Notes under the pieces: generated by a model
Database searches by the model: none
What the model was told of the DNA's origin: nothing
What the model saw: the letters and a program-made list of their open reading frames with translations, nothing else
Assembly: GCA_002633005.1 (NCBI GenBank)
Contig: NMRA01000304.1
Location: 213,200 to 277,199, forward strand
Source of the DNA: Phoronis australis
Lineage: Eukaryota; Animalia; Phoronida
Reading direction: 5' to 3'
DNA length: 64,000 nucleotides
Position numbers and translations under genes: made by a program
Part shown: piece by piece, positions 42,039-53,927 of the stretch
How the letters are laid out: each line of letters starts with the position of its first letter
Position numbering within the stretch: the stretch's first letter is position 1

Positions 42039-44215
42039 ATGAAGTGTGCTTTGGTTGAGATCCCAATGCACAACGGAGAATACTTCCACCCATTGAAAAA
42101 CGGTTATCTACAGGTCCCGATGGAGGAGCGGCATAAGTACCCAGTCTCACCTTGGAATCGTAGGAAGGTGAGCTTTGCCGACGAGGTAGCGTCGAATCCA
42201 GTCAGGCAAAAAAAGAAAGACAGCATATTGAAGCGTACGTCATACGACAGCGGTTCAGCCACGAGCTCGGAATCCGATTCAGACAAGAGTTCCATTGACA
42301 GTGGACATAGCAGTCGCATCAGTTGTACAAGCTCTACACATAGCATCAATGGTAATGGTGGGATATTAAAGAGTCGACTGACAGTAGATCAGGTGAATGA
42401 TCACCTGAGGAACCAGGTGTTCTTTGACGACTTGAGAAAGAGAATATCAGAAAAGGTGACCTTAAATGATGATTTGCCCGATGAGTTACCTGAAAGTACT
42501 TTGCACACATGTCAGAAGTCTGTCCGAAGTCATGGTTGTTGTGATTTTGATCATAAACAGCTGAAGGACTCAGTAAAGTCTAGTACAAGACCACAAGTCA
42601 GGCAGGGCTCTGAGCCTCTTTTGTTAATGAATACATCAAGTGCTGTTGATGGTAATTCATTTCATGGTGCATCAAACTGTGACTCCTATGTTCAAACAAT
42701 TGACAAGCAGAAAATTGACAGGTCAAGTTTATACCTACCGCTGCGGACATCATCATCATCCCTCAAACGGCTGTCTGCACCAGCAGGGCTTGTTGATCTG
42801 TCAGTTAATGATATTTACAACGAGAGCTTAGAGTTTGCTATCAAAAACGAGACAGGTTTGAAAAACACACCAAGAGTTTCAACCCCTTTTCCAAAATCCA
42901 CAGAAATTCAGTGGGAAACATTAGATGACAGATGGCAGTGCCAAGACACCATCAGTAAGTTGGCAAAAGACTGGACAAATTGTCGTAGGAAATCGGTGAC
43001 AGGGTATTTGCAGGAAGCCGACTTGATGGACAAAATGGTGGATAGTTCGTCTCCAAGTTCCATCCTAGAAAGACCTGAAAGTGTCTTGAGTACTGAGGAG
43101 TATGACAATGTAAAACCACTTGGCAGTTACACAACCAATGAGAATAAAAAGTCTCGTAATTGCAATCCTGTGATGAAAAATGACTGTCGAAGTGATAGGC
43201 TTACATCTTCATGCGGTAAAAATGAGCTGAGTGAGGCTGAGCGGCAGGCCAGCTATAATACTATACTAGAATCTATTAGTGAGAATGAATTCTGTGGGGA
43301 CAGAATGCAATTAGGGAAAAGTAATAGCAATGACAAATCTAATGTTGGAAAACTAGGCAATGCTCACAATCTTGGAACATCTGGCATGCTGAATGTAGAT
43401 GGTACAAATGGCATTAAACAAGACTGTAGTGACTCCAGTAGACATTATAATCATTCATATGGGTTACCTCTGTTCTCTGTGCAATGCTTAACTGAAAGAG
43501 CCACTGAATCATTTGATGGTGATGGTAGGATGGGACAAACGGCTGCGTGTCAACCAAGGTGGGTAGCTGAGGATGGGTGCTGTCAAAGTTCCCCTCCACT
43601 TAACACATCAAGTGGTGGAGTATTGTACAAACAAACACAAGATGGAGTTCCCATTATCCATCAACCTGGCCCATTACAGCCTGCAAACAATGGTGGGTCA
43701 CAGTCTGGTGGCAATCAAGCCAATGGAATTCAGGACAATGTTTTGAAAGATGGTGAAGCCCATGACAGGGTGGATAATGATATCAACAACCTGTCTGGTG
43801 AAGTTGTGTCCAGTCCTCCATCAGCATTACATCCTACCACAACCACCACCAACGAAAGGTGTATGGATGAGAGGCTGACCATTGAGGACGTTTTGGAAAA
43901 GCTTGCAGTATTTTCTCCCGGCGTGGGCGATAACGGTTTGAGTTTTGCCCTGCCAGGTGTTCCTGTGGGCATGGAGTGTGGAAGCGAAAGTTCTGTAATG
44001 ATTAGTGATCATCACAGTGTTCCGTCCATTGGTGGCAGTGACTGTGTTCCATCTATTAATCATGGTGGAAATATAGAAGAGATTCATCGTCACTGCAATG
44101 ATAGCGGTATTGATGAGCCTATGGGGAACGGCAGGGATGAAGGCTCATCCGCTGATCAATGGAACCGATTGATTAACATGTTGAGTGGATTGGCCGACTC
44201 AGTGGGAAGACCACC
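42039..44215 (+). CDS. DMD: Giant candidate alternative first exon (about 726 aa, Ser/Asp/Asn-rich, likely disordered), splices in frame to 46895
   Basis: Only long ORF in the window; first ATG at 42039 (ataATG) after an in-frame TGA at 41997; ends CCA CC|gtaagc, phase 2, matching the exon at 46895; no transposon or enzyme motifs recognised. Confidence 0.8.
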
Positions 44216-46894
44216 GTAAGCATTCCTATCCTCCTCTATCATATACATAATGTTTCAGACTTGTACATTTTTAAATTTGTCTGCTGTTGGCTGTTCTGTC
44301 ACTTTCTCTTTGATTACCTCTTAGTAATTTCTTATTTGTAATTTTTGTGTTCGTGGGTACTTAAGTTTGATGGTGTAAAGCCTTAGGATAAGGCTGTGCT
44401 ACTCAACAAAAATGTGTAACTCAGGGCAAAACCATTCTCATTCATGTGTTGCTCATTTCATTGTCATTACATGGGATTTTGGTTCATGTCTCATGTAATA
44501 ATCATCATTGCTGCCAACGTACATAGGGAAGTTGTATTGTTGCGATTATTTCCGTACTTGAGTGTCATTTTTTCCTGGTGGTTTTGAGTCATCACTTGAC
44601 CTTTATATCAGATCTGATTTCAATCTTTCACCAGAATCAACTGCAGTGTTCCAAAGGTAACATTTTAGGAAATAATTTTACACATTGAGTGAACACTTAC
44701 TGTTGTAAACAAGCTTGTTCAACACCATCTTCCTCAATTTCTGTGTGCTGTGCTAAATAAAATGATACCAAATTGTGTGCAATGGGTTTCTTTCCAAATC
44801 CAACCCAATCCTTGTCTTTTTCTAAAGTAATTTTATGGCACTAGAAATGTTTTTGTGTGTGTAAAACCAGGAAGTTGTATGTATAGAAGATTAAATTTCT
44901 TACCTCCTCTGTGACTATTCACCAATGAATTCACTACACACTATATTTAAATGATCAATCAACAAAATGTTCAATTTTTTTGTATAATAAAACCTGGTCC
45001 ACTTTTTGATTGGCTAATAACAGGAGCTTCACTTGTATCTAAAAAACAGTGGCTAACCACAGAGCTTCAAAGTTTGATGGGATCACCTGAGTAGTTCAAT
45101 ATTCCAAAAAATGGTTCCCACAAGAAATCCATTGCATAAGCTCAAAAGAATACTTAACCCTGTTTTGGGGATTTCAATCAATCTTCATTCTGTCATATAC
45201 TAATGCACCATTGGCGGTCCACTTAAGTGATAAAAGCAGTTTTTATTTAAAAACTGGTATTTTCGTTTAGGATATTTGGGTATGGTTCTTGACAGGTGGT
45301 CTTTCCCTACAGCTGTCACAGGTAACTCGCCTAAAGCACACGTCACGCTTGCACATTTAGCGGACTTTGCAAAGAATTTTCAACTTTACTCGAAACATCT
45401 GAGGGTTGTTGGGGGTTACAGAGCATTATTTTGTTTCAGAGAACTCAGGATGGGAACGTTGTCTGTATCTGTAATAGGCCAGAACCGGGAGGTTTCATGC
45501 ACTTTTAACAGTATTATGTACATGAAGATGTACAGAAACAGACAAACATTGTATTGAACGAGCATAGGTGGGAAGATGGTTTCTAATGTTACACTGTATG
45601 TAAAAATAAACACGACTGCAGACTAAACGAATAATATGGATGGGACTGGAGGTCTATTGTCCTTGTCTTCTCATACCTTGTATTTTCCTGCTAATGCTAT
45701 CAGCTAGCATGTTTGAGTGGACCACAGGGTTAAACAAACAGTCCACCTATCAAAACATTGGTTGTTTTTTGTTTAACGAGAATCAGCTGCTAATTAGTTG
45801 GAATCTCTTGACTATGGAGTAGCCCACAACTAATTAGTTACTTTTTGCTTTAAGAAATCTAGTGTCTATCCAATTCTGTATTCTGGTCTTCTTATTTTAT
45901 AGTTTATGCTCGTTCTTATTTTTGCGAAAGTTTTTTTTTTGATTATTCTGAAAAAATGGTCTTTGTGGTTCCTGGTGGATTTTGTGTTTGGATTCTAGGG
46001 ATTTCATTTCCTGATACGTATTGATAACGGTCACAGTTTAAAATCAGTGAAGCAACCCTTTGCCTTAAGAAAATCTTAATAAGTCATACAATAGATGTCT
46101 CTCGGTATGTCTAAGAGAGAGTTGGAGGGAGAGACAGACAGAGAGAGAGAGGGAGACAGAATTTTCAAGTGGCTCCAAAGCAACTCTGTGGAACATAAGT
46201 GGCAATTAATTATTGATCTCAATTAAGGAATCTTGATTAGCAGCCAATTGAAGTGTCATTATCTTTAAGTTACGGCAATAACTATATAGAGTGATTGACT
46301 AACTTCAAACCTTGGTAAATCACTTGAATGCCAAATTTAAGTGTTATAAATTTAGTTATAAATTCTTGACCGATGATTTTTTATTAATTGTGAAAATAGG
46401 TGTATCCTCCTTTTTATAAGATTACTTTCATTCTTCCAAAATATGTAAACCTCTGAGACTCAAACAGTTACTTTCATTAATATAAAAGTTACACGAAGCA
46501 GCGGACATTTCCTTCTATATGCCAGTGATCTTTTATCGTGTATTGCCAGGAAGGGGGCGAGGCCTGTGGTTCACACCAAAAACTTAACCGATGGACCTCT
46601 TTCAAAAGGCTTTGATTAGATTGAGAAGAGGCTCTAGTTTCTGGCTTAACACAGAGCTCACACAGAGTCTGTGTTATATGTTAGGAACAAGAAAATGAGA
46701 TAAAAGCTTGTTGTTTATTTCTCTTTGAGAAGTGTTTGCAGAAACAACACCTTTCAGTCATGGTTGTTAACAATGAGGCATTATGGGACTTAACAGTCTT
46801 TGCTGTTCATTGGATTCTAAAGATTCTGGAATGTTCTTTGCTGAAGTTTCACTAGGACATCTGCATGAACTAGAAATGTTTATTTCTCTTCTAG

Positions 46895-47051
46895 GAGTCG
46901 TTTAGAGCAGAATAGTGATCAGTGGATTGAGTTACAAAACAGACTGTGTGAGCTCATTCAGTGGACCACTGCCAAGGAAGAGGAACTGTTCAGACAACAG
47001 CCAATAGGGGGCGATCTGACAGCCATCAGGAAACAGAATAGTGATGTGTTG
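46895..47051 (+). CDS. DMD: Dystrophin exon-57 homologue (SRLEQNSDQWIELQNRLCELIQW...QQPIGGDLTAIRKQN); absent from ORF track
   Basis: 157 nt, phase 2 to 0, same as human exon 57; PIGGD motif. Confidence 0.97.
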
Positions 47052-47885
47052 GTAAGGATGAAATATCTGTAATCTGGAGCTCTGTGCGGTGAGGGGGGGG
47101 GCTTCTATGATTTACTCTGTCCGTATGGATGTGCTGCACAACTAGAGCAAACATGACCTGTTTTATCAACAAACCCTGCAGAGTATTGGCTAGAGAATCC
47201 TGTCTTGATGAAGTTTTGAAGTGGAGAAAATTAATGGTGTGGGGTGGGATTTTTTCCAGTAGGCCTGGTTGTTTCTTGAACTTGTTGATTGTGTGTTGTT
47301 TGTAGTTTTATTTAGCTTGATGGTGCTGCACTGCCAAGAGTGCTCGTACTTTTCAACACATTCAACTAGTTTCGTCTAGAGTTCCTTTGAACTGTGGTTT
47401 ACTGTTAGTAATTACCACATAAAATTGCGTTTTGCCTGTTGCTTATGTCTGAAATTGGTTGTTTTTTAAATTTCTTGGGGATTATCATTTGATTGTTGAA
47501 TTTTAAGATGATGTATACAATTAAACACGTTTGGTGTTGCCTAAGACTGGCTGAAAACATTTGCCCGTGAAATACTAGTTGAAGTCACAAGGCGAGAACA
47601 AGAAACTATTTTCTAGAGCAGTGGAGTATTCTCAGCTTAACGTGGCACTACAGAAGCACTGTGCCCAATACATGTTAACTTGGCACTACAGAAGCACTGT
47701 GCCTAATATATCTTTACAGCTTAACTTCACCCTCAAGAAATGCAGTTCCCAATACATCTTTCGCTGAGTTTTACGTCTGCTTTACCAACCCGTAATATTA
47801 AGTTTACTATGTTTTGTTCATTTTCATTGTACTGATTTTTGTAATGACTTTTTTGTGTTATTTATCTTCCTGTGGTTCTTTATAG

Positions 47886-47985
47886 GCGCTCAAAGCTGAA
47901 CTTGAAGAGAAAAGACCAGTTGTGGAACAACAGCTACAATTGGGCCAGGCTTACATTGAGGGAAGAAGGAAAGAAGGCTCTGAAG
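47886..47985 (+). CDS. DMD: Dystrophin exon-58 homologue (ALKAELEEKRPVVEQQLQLGQAYIEGRRKEGSE)
   Basis: tttatag acceptor, donor AAG|gtcagt; 100 nt, phase 0 to 1. Confidence 0.92.
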
Positions 47986-50284
47986 GTCAGTTGAACTATG
48001 GTATCTGTGTGATTGCTGAGTGCAGAATGAATGACATGCTAAAAGTTTGCATACAAAATTTTTCTAGTCACTTGCAGGGTTCCTGGATTTTGAAAACCAG
48101 TTTTTATGCCTATTATTCAGTGAGGGAGTCTCGTTTCTCCAAATCCTGACCCCTCTTTAGTAAATATTGCACAAAATACGTATCCATGTCCTGGCGCCTT
48201 ATTCTGTTTACATTCAGTAATGGATGGTAATGACTCATCGCTCTTTTGACAAAATCCTTACTGTAGAAAAATGTTGTTGTCTTATTAGCTTTCTGTTAAC
48301 TTCCCTCTGACGGACAGCTACTTTGACAGGCAATTTTACTTTCTCTACCGTTTTGATTAGGGATTCAGCAACATTTTGTTCAATTTCTTCTGTTGTGTAC
48401 TCTGGAGGTTATGTGCTGGTGTCTCAGTGCAGCTGGTTTCTCTTTTATGAAAAGTGATTTAAAGAAAAGCTTGTGCCTTGCTATTGTTAGCGCACAACAG
48501 TTTAGAAGTAATTTATGAAAACTATCGGGGTCACAAGCAATTATGTATATTTTCAGAGATCTGTGCTTTTGTTGAAGTTTGTTAAAATAATTTTCCAAAA
48601 ATAATTGTGTGAAGCATTAAACGAAAATTTTGACTAAAGTCTGATGTCATTTAATATGAAACAGACCCTGTGTTTTGTTCTAGCACAGGTTTAATGGTAA
48701 ACTTGATATTCACTAGGGGGTGCTGATGAAAAAAGGTCCGTCTTTTTAACTTCTGAAATAGATTAAGAGCAGGAGCGATCATTTGATAAGCGTACCACGT
48801 GAATATTTGATTTCTAGCGATCCTTTGGGTAGTCCCCTTGTTGCACTAGTGCCACCTAGTGTACTTCAAGTCACTCACTGTACACATTCAGAGTGAAAAG
48901 TGATGGAGGCAACACTGTTGGACATTTTCGTAAAATCTGCCTGAAGGCTATTTTAATACATAGTAACAGTAAATTAAGTAGCTATTTTAATACATAGTAA
49001 CTGTAAATTAAGCAATCTTAATAGTACAGTTATCTGGTATACTCATCCAGATTTTGACCCAGAGTAACTGAATAGAGAAACTCAAAAATCGGGCAGTGTG
49101 AAGCTAAGCATGGTTGTTTAAAAACGATACAGCATTGAGCATTAACGCAACTATTGTTAATCCCCTGGAAGTTATCTTTATGTCAGTCATTTCACATCCA
49201 GGAACCTAATCGAATTGTGAACAGTGACCTTTTCTTTGTGGTGGCATTCACAAACTTAAGGGCGCTTTTAAGGAACTGCGTACCGTACTGTGTGCATAAG
49301 GGGTGGTCGTATAACCAAAAATTATTATCATTGCAATGAGCCTACATGAGCGGCCTGCATACGTCTGGTACAATGTGTACCAGACCATCTGCAATTATTT
49401 TTTTAATCAAAAATGGGCTTTCAAAAAGTGTATCGTTGAAAATCAGGGGTGGGTGTTAAACCTAAAATACTTTATAATCAGTATCTGTTAATGCACAATT
49501 TTTTAATTTTTCCAGTCTTTTTATCGGTGTTGGCGGTCTCTTTTTTGTTAGTTTCTTTTTTCCATGTAGCTGTGATTACCAGAGTTCTCAGGGAACGTTT
49601 ACTTCCACAAACCTAGAATGCAAACTATAAACCAGGTTTCTCAGTCATACAAACTAAATGTCAAACAATCGCACACCATGATAGAACAGGATAATCATCT
49701 TCAAACAGATTGTGTTGGTCATTTGGTAATTTGTATAAAGCTGTGTCAAAAAGCCATCCATTTTGAGCTATGTTGGTCTACCTTTGTATTGTTTGCCTGT
49801 GATTTCTCAGTTCCTTTCAATGGTAGCAGTCAATTGCTACCATTGACAAAGAAAATTTCGAAATGAGTTTTGTTGAGATAATCACCTTATTTCACAATTA
49901 TAATGTTGTGAGTGAGAGGAAAATCCTTTTGAGCTTCCTTCTTTGAGGTCTCCATTAGTGCGCTTCCTCCAGGCTTCAGAAAGGCACTTAAATAATTTTT
50001 CTCAGTGGGGAAGCGTTGCCTAGGTGACGCGTTCACTAGTCTTCTGTGTAATTATAAAGTTAGTGTTTAATACCATAAATCTAAAAAGGTTATTTCAGTC
50101 TGATTTGTTCTGAGATTTGCTTGATGTTTGAAATTTTATGCACTCTTGTTTGATGAATTTGATGCAATACGGACCTGAGATCACCTGCGTGTTTGATGCT
50201 GCGGTTATAAAACGAGTTATTTTTGTAAACAATCTTACAGAGTAAAGGACGTAAATTTTAAGAATGAGAGTGGTGAATTTTCAG

Positions 50285-50430
50285 GTATCAATGTTGAAGA
50301 CGAAATGGAGGTTGAGGCGAGAAAAATAGTGCAAGACATTTGTAGCAACGTGAGTCAGCTTAATCAACTGTGGGCAGACGTCAACAAAAACACTGGCGAC
50401 TGGCAAAACAAGATTGATGACACGATGAAG
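50285..50430 (+). CDS. DMD: Dystrophin exon, 5' half of human exon 59 (INVEDEMEVEARKIVQ...LNQLW...DWQNKIDDTMK)
   Basis: ttttcag acceptor, donor AAG|gtgagt; 146 nt, phase 1 to 0; DWQxKID motif. Confidence 0.92.
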
Positions 50431-51670
50431 GTGAGTTTTTTGTGAAAGTTTGTTTTTGCTACTCCCTCTGTGGCTTAAGAGTTGGGGTACAGTGACCTGT
50501 CGTGTCGGAAACAGCATTGTTCGAATGTCGGTGGCTATCTTTGAATACTTGATGTAAAGCATTATGTTGATTGTCTGACAATTAAGTTAAATGTTATGGT
50601 ACTGAGGCTGTCTAATAGATTAAACCTTTTAATGGATATTATCATACCCTGTAGTGAGCTCACAGTCCGCTTAAGTAGTCGAAGGACTTTCAATGGCAGT
50701 GGAAGCGTTGGAATGTAAATGGTTTATAATATCTTCATTTTTTAATAGTTTGTAACGTGATGCTAGAGGTCACCATTACCTAGGATGCGGTACATCGCGT
50801 TTTCTGTTTCGGTTAGACACTGAAAATCGATTCACCAGATTTAACTCACCTTGATATTTGCTGTAGAAGTCACCAGTCTAATTATGCATTCCTAAGTTAA
50901 TTTGCTATTTCGTGAGTTGAAAGTAGCACTTCTATGTATTTCCAAATTTACCATTCCTTAGAGATAAGAGTAAGGCTGTTTAATTAAGTTCTTCATGCTA
51001 GTCCTCCACGTAAACTGTATTGGCATATTCCCATCTATTTGTTTGAGTTAGGATGTTAATATATTCTCTGTAACCTACAGGGAGTAGTGATTCTTCTCTG
51101 TTTAACTAGTAAATAACGGAGTCTCATTCTGTGATATTGACAATTTAGCTACCGTTAAATGCCTCTTGAGAGCCCGTCTTTCTGTTCAGATATACTTCGC
51201 TAATTGTAAAATTTAATTTATTGATAGCTTGACTCCAGGGGTCTCTGCTTCCTTATTTATTGAATGGTTTTAGTTCTTGCTTGTCGTATCAATTGTTGTA
51301 CTGAAAAAATTCTGTCCGGTCGTAATTAGGCGGAGTACAGTAGTCATTTGTTCTTTGACCATCGCCAGCCTGTCATTTGCAGTGATGGGTCAAACCTGCA
51401 CAAAAGCGAGGTCTATTTTTTGTCTGGATCATGGACAGGCTCAATGGATGTATGATGTATGGTTTGCCATTTGTATCATTTTTGCACCACCAAAGTAGAC
51501 AAGTTAGCTGAGTTTTTAAAAGCTAGAAATTAGTCATTCTATGAATGTCGTCTGTCTGCTTCTTCAGTCAGACCACTGCTGTTTTGTGTGCTTGATATTG
51601 TTACATAAATAAGCATGTCAGCTTAAAAGTATTGTCTGCCTTATGACCGCATGACTGTGCTACTTTGCAG

Positions 51671-51805
51671 AAAATGCGCCAATTTCACCAAGGCATGGAG
51701 GATGTTCTGGAGAAACTGCACAATGCTGAAAGTAGAAAGCAGAAGTGGAAAACAGTTGGCGATATTATTCTGGATAATCTTCAGACAGAAATTGAGCAAA
51801 CAAAG
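51671..51805 (+). CDS. DMD: Dystrophin exon, 3' half of human exon 59 (KMRQFHQGME...KWKTVGDIILDNLQTEIEQTK)
   Basis: tttgcag and AAG|gtaagt sites; 135 nt, phase 0 to 0; WxxVGD motif of the last repeat. Confidence 0.96.
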
Positions 51806-51970
51806 GTAAGTAAGGTTTTTCAAAGTCTGAATCTCCCTCATTATTATGCTAGCTGGAGGTATGTGGCTGGGAATGTGATGCTGTGTTTTTGCAAGGACAA
51901 AATATTGCAACCTACCTAAATTTTGATGATTCACATTCACAATTAATCTTAAAGCACTTGCTGCTTACAG

Positions 51971-52397
51971 TCCTTCCAAAAAGACCTGGTCCCTGTGCAG
52001 GAACAGGTGGACCTGGTCAACGATTCCGCCGCCCAGTTCACTCTGATGGACATTCAGCTGTCTCCGGCCAATCTTGACCGGGTGGAGGACATCAACACAC
52101 GGTGGAAGGCTCTGCGCACGTCCGTCGACGACCGCCTACGCCATCTTCAGGAGGCTCTTCGCGAGTATGGCCCTGCATCCCAACACTACTTGGCGGGCTC
52201 AGTCGAGCCACCGTGGGAGCGCTCCGTGGGCGGCAACAAGGTGCCGTATTACATGAATCACCAGAAGCAGACAACACATTGGGACCACCCGCAGATGACG
52301 CAACTGCTCAAGTCAATACTCTCCGACCTGAACGATGTCAGGTTCTCGGCGTATCGCACTGCCATGAAGGTCAGGGCAGTGCAGAAGAAACTGAGTT
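51971..52397 (+). CDS. DMD: Dystrophin exon equivalent to human exons 60-64 (last repeat, hinge 4, WW domain, start of EF-hand region)
   Basis: 427 nt, phase 0 to 1; [47 protein letters not shown]. Confidence 0.98.
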
Positions 52398-52656
52398 GTG
52401 AGTATCTTTTCAAGTTTGCTATGTCAGTAATCCGTAATGGTACTTTGCATTGATATGCAGGCGTACACATAAAGTACTCGGTCATTTATTGAACTGGCTT
52501 AGCTACACCATCAGAACGTTAGACTGCAACCTCAAATGTTGCATGTTCGATTCCGTGCAGAGGCTGGTCTTGGAAAATCACTTTTCTTCCCAATATTCCT
52601 TTAAAATTTGGGCTGCTGGAATGTTTTGTCTTAATTGTTCTCGCGTGTTATTCTAG

Positions 52657-52861
52657 TGGATTTGGTGAGTCTGAACAACGCCATCGCTGTCTTCAACCAG
52701 CACAATCTTGAGGGACAGAACGACCGACTAATGGATGTTCCAGAGATTGTTGCCTGCCTTTCGGCCTTGTTTCGCATAGTTGAAGACGACCACCCCAACT
52801 TCATCAACGCTCCACTGTGTATAGATCTTACCCTCAACTGGCTTCTGAATGTTTATGACAT
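52657..52861 (+). CDS. DMD: Dystrophin exon-65 homologue, EF-hand region (...PLCIDLTLNWLLNVYD)
   Basis: ttctag and |gtaagt sites; 205 nt, phase 1 to 2. Confidence 0.97.
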
Positions 52862-53841
52862 GTAAGTACACTGTAAGACCACATACGGTTTTCCTTCCAT
52901 GACTGCTACTTCTGTTAACAGCAAAAATGACTGGTAATAACCATAAAGGCAGCAAAATTCTAATTACATAACGGCTCAGCCACCTTTCTTGTTAATTCTT
53001 CTTTATTCTGATCGTGAATTCACCTTCTGCCGACCCATCATAACCCGGGAACTCCGGCTCGTTTTGTCTGTATTCTTTTGACTTGTACTGTGGATGAAAT
53101 TCAGTGGACTGACTAATGGTTTTTGTTTCCTGGTGGTTTTAGCTGATATCTTTATTAAATGCATAAACACAACTTGAGAAATTAATGAAATTGTTCTTGA
53201 AATTCCTAAAAATACAGGCATATTCTAAGACGGAACTCTCTCCACAATAATGTTATTTTATGTAACTTGAATAGTCGTAAAATTTAGATATTGCTGTCAG
53301 CTAACTTAATTGATTTACTTGTAACAAAATATTAGGCTCGAAGTAAGGAGGGTGTCATTGTCACGTGTTCCAAACTGAATCTCTTCTCGTAATTTAGCCA
53401 AAAAATGTGACGCACAACTGGAGTTTGATTTTGTCAGATTTCTCAGCAATTATTATAGACTGAGGAAATTTTACTGAGTGTGTAATCAATCTGCACAGTT
53501 TGTACTGTACATCAGTAAAAAAAAAATAACACTTGGAAGATTGTTAAAAGCCTTTGAAAATATAGGAAAGTGACAGTTTTTGCAATGATTGCTTTCGTGC
53601 AAAATAGCTGAAAATTACTGCTGTGAAAACCTGGAAATTTACCGCTCAATATAGCTCTCATCTTTGTGCCTAATGTGTCCAGGTCAAAGTAGGACGAAAG
53701 TTGACTGACAGATTAGGTGTAATATGCACTGTAGTCTGTAATGAATGTGATCGATCATTCTTACAACTCTGGCTGATCACAAATGTTGTCCGCAGCTACC
53801 ATCTGATTAGCCTCAATTGCCCATTGGACTTTAATTTGTAG

Positions 53842-53927
53842 GTGTCGGAGTGGTCAGATACGGGTACTCTCCTTTAAAGTTGGCGTGGTCTGTTTATGTA
53901 TGGCTCACCTGGAAGATAAATATAGAT
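53842..53927 (+). CDS. DMD: Dystrophin exon-66 homologue ([28 protein letters not shown])
   Basis: 86 nt, phase 2 to 1, same as human exon 66. Confidence 0.97.

Noticed and set aside
42003-44219. 738-aa ORF as transposon ORF or independent gene starting at TTG 42003
   Set aside because: No RT, transposase, gag or zinc-knuckle motifs recognised and no flanking repeats; the phase-matched donor favours a dystrophin exon starting at ATG 42039.
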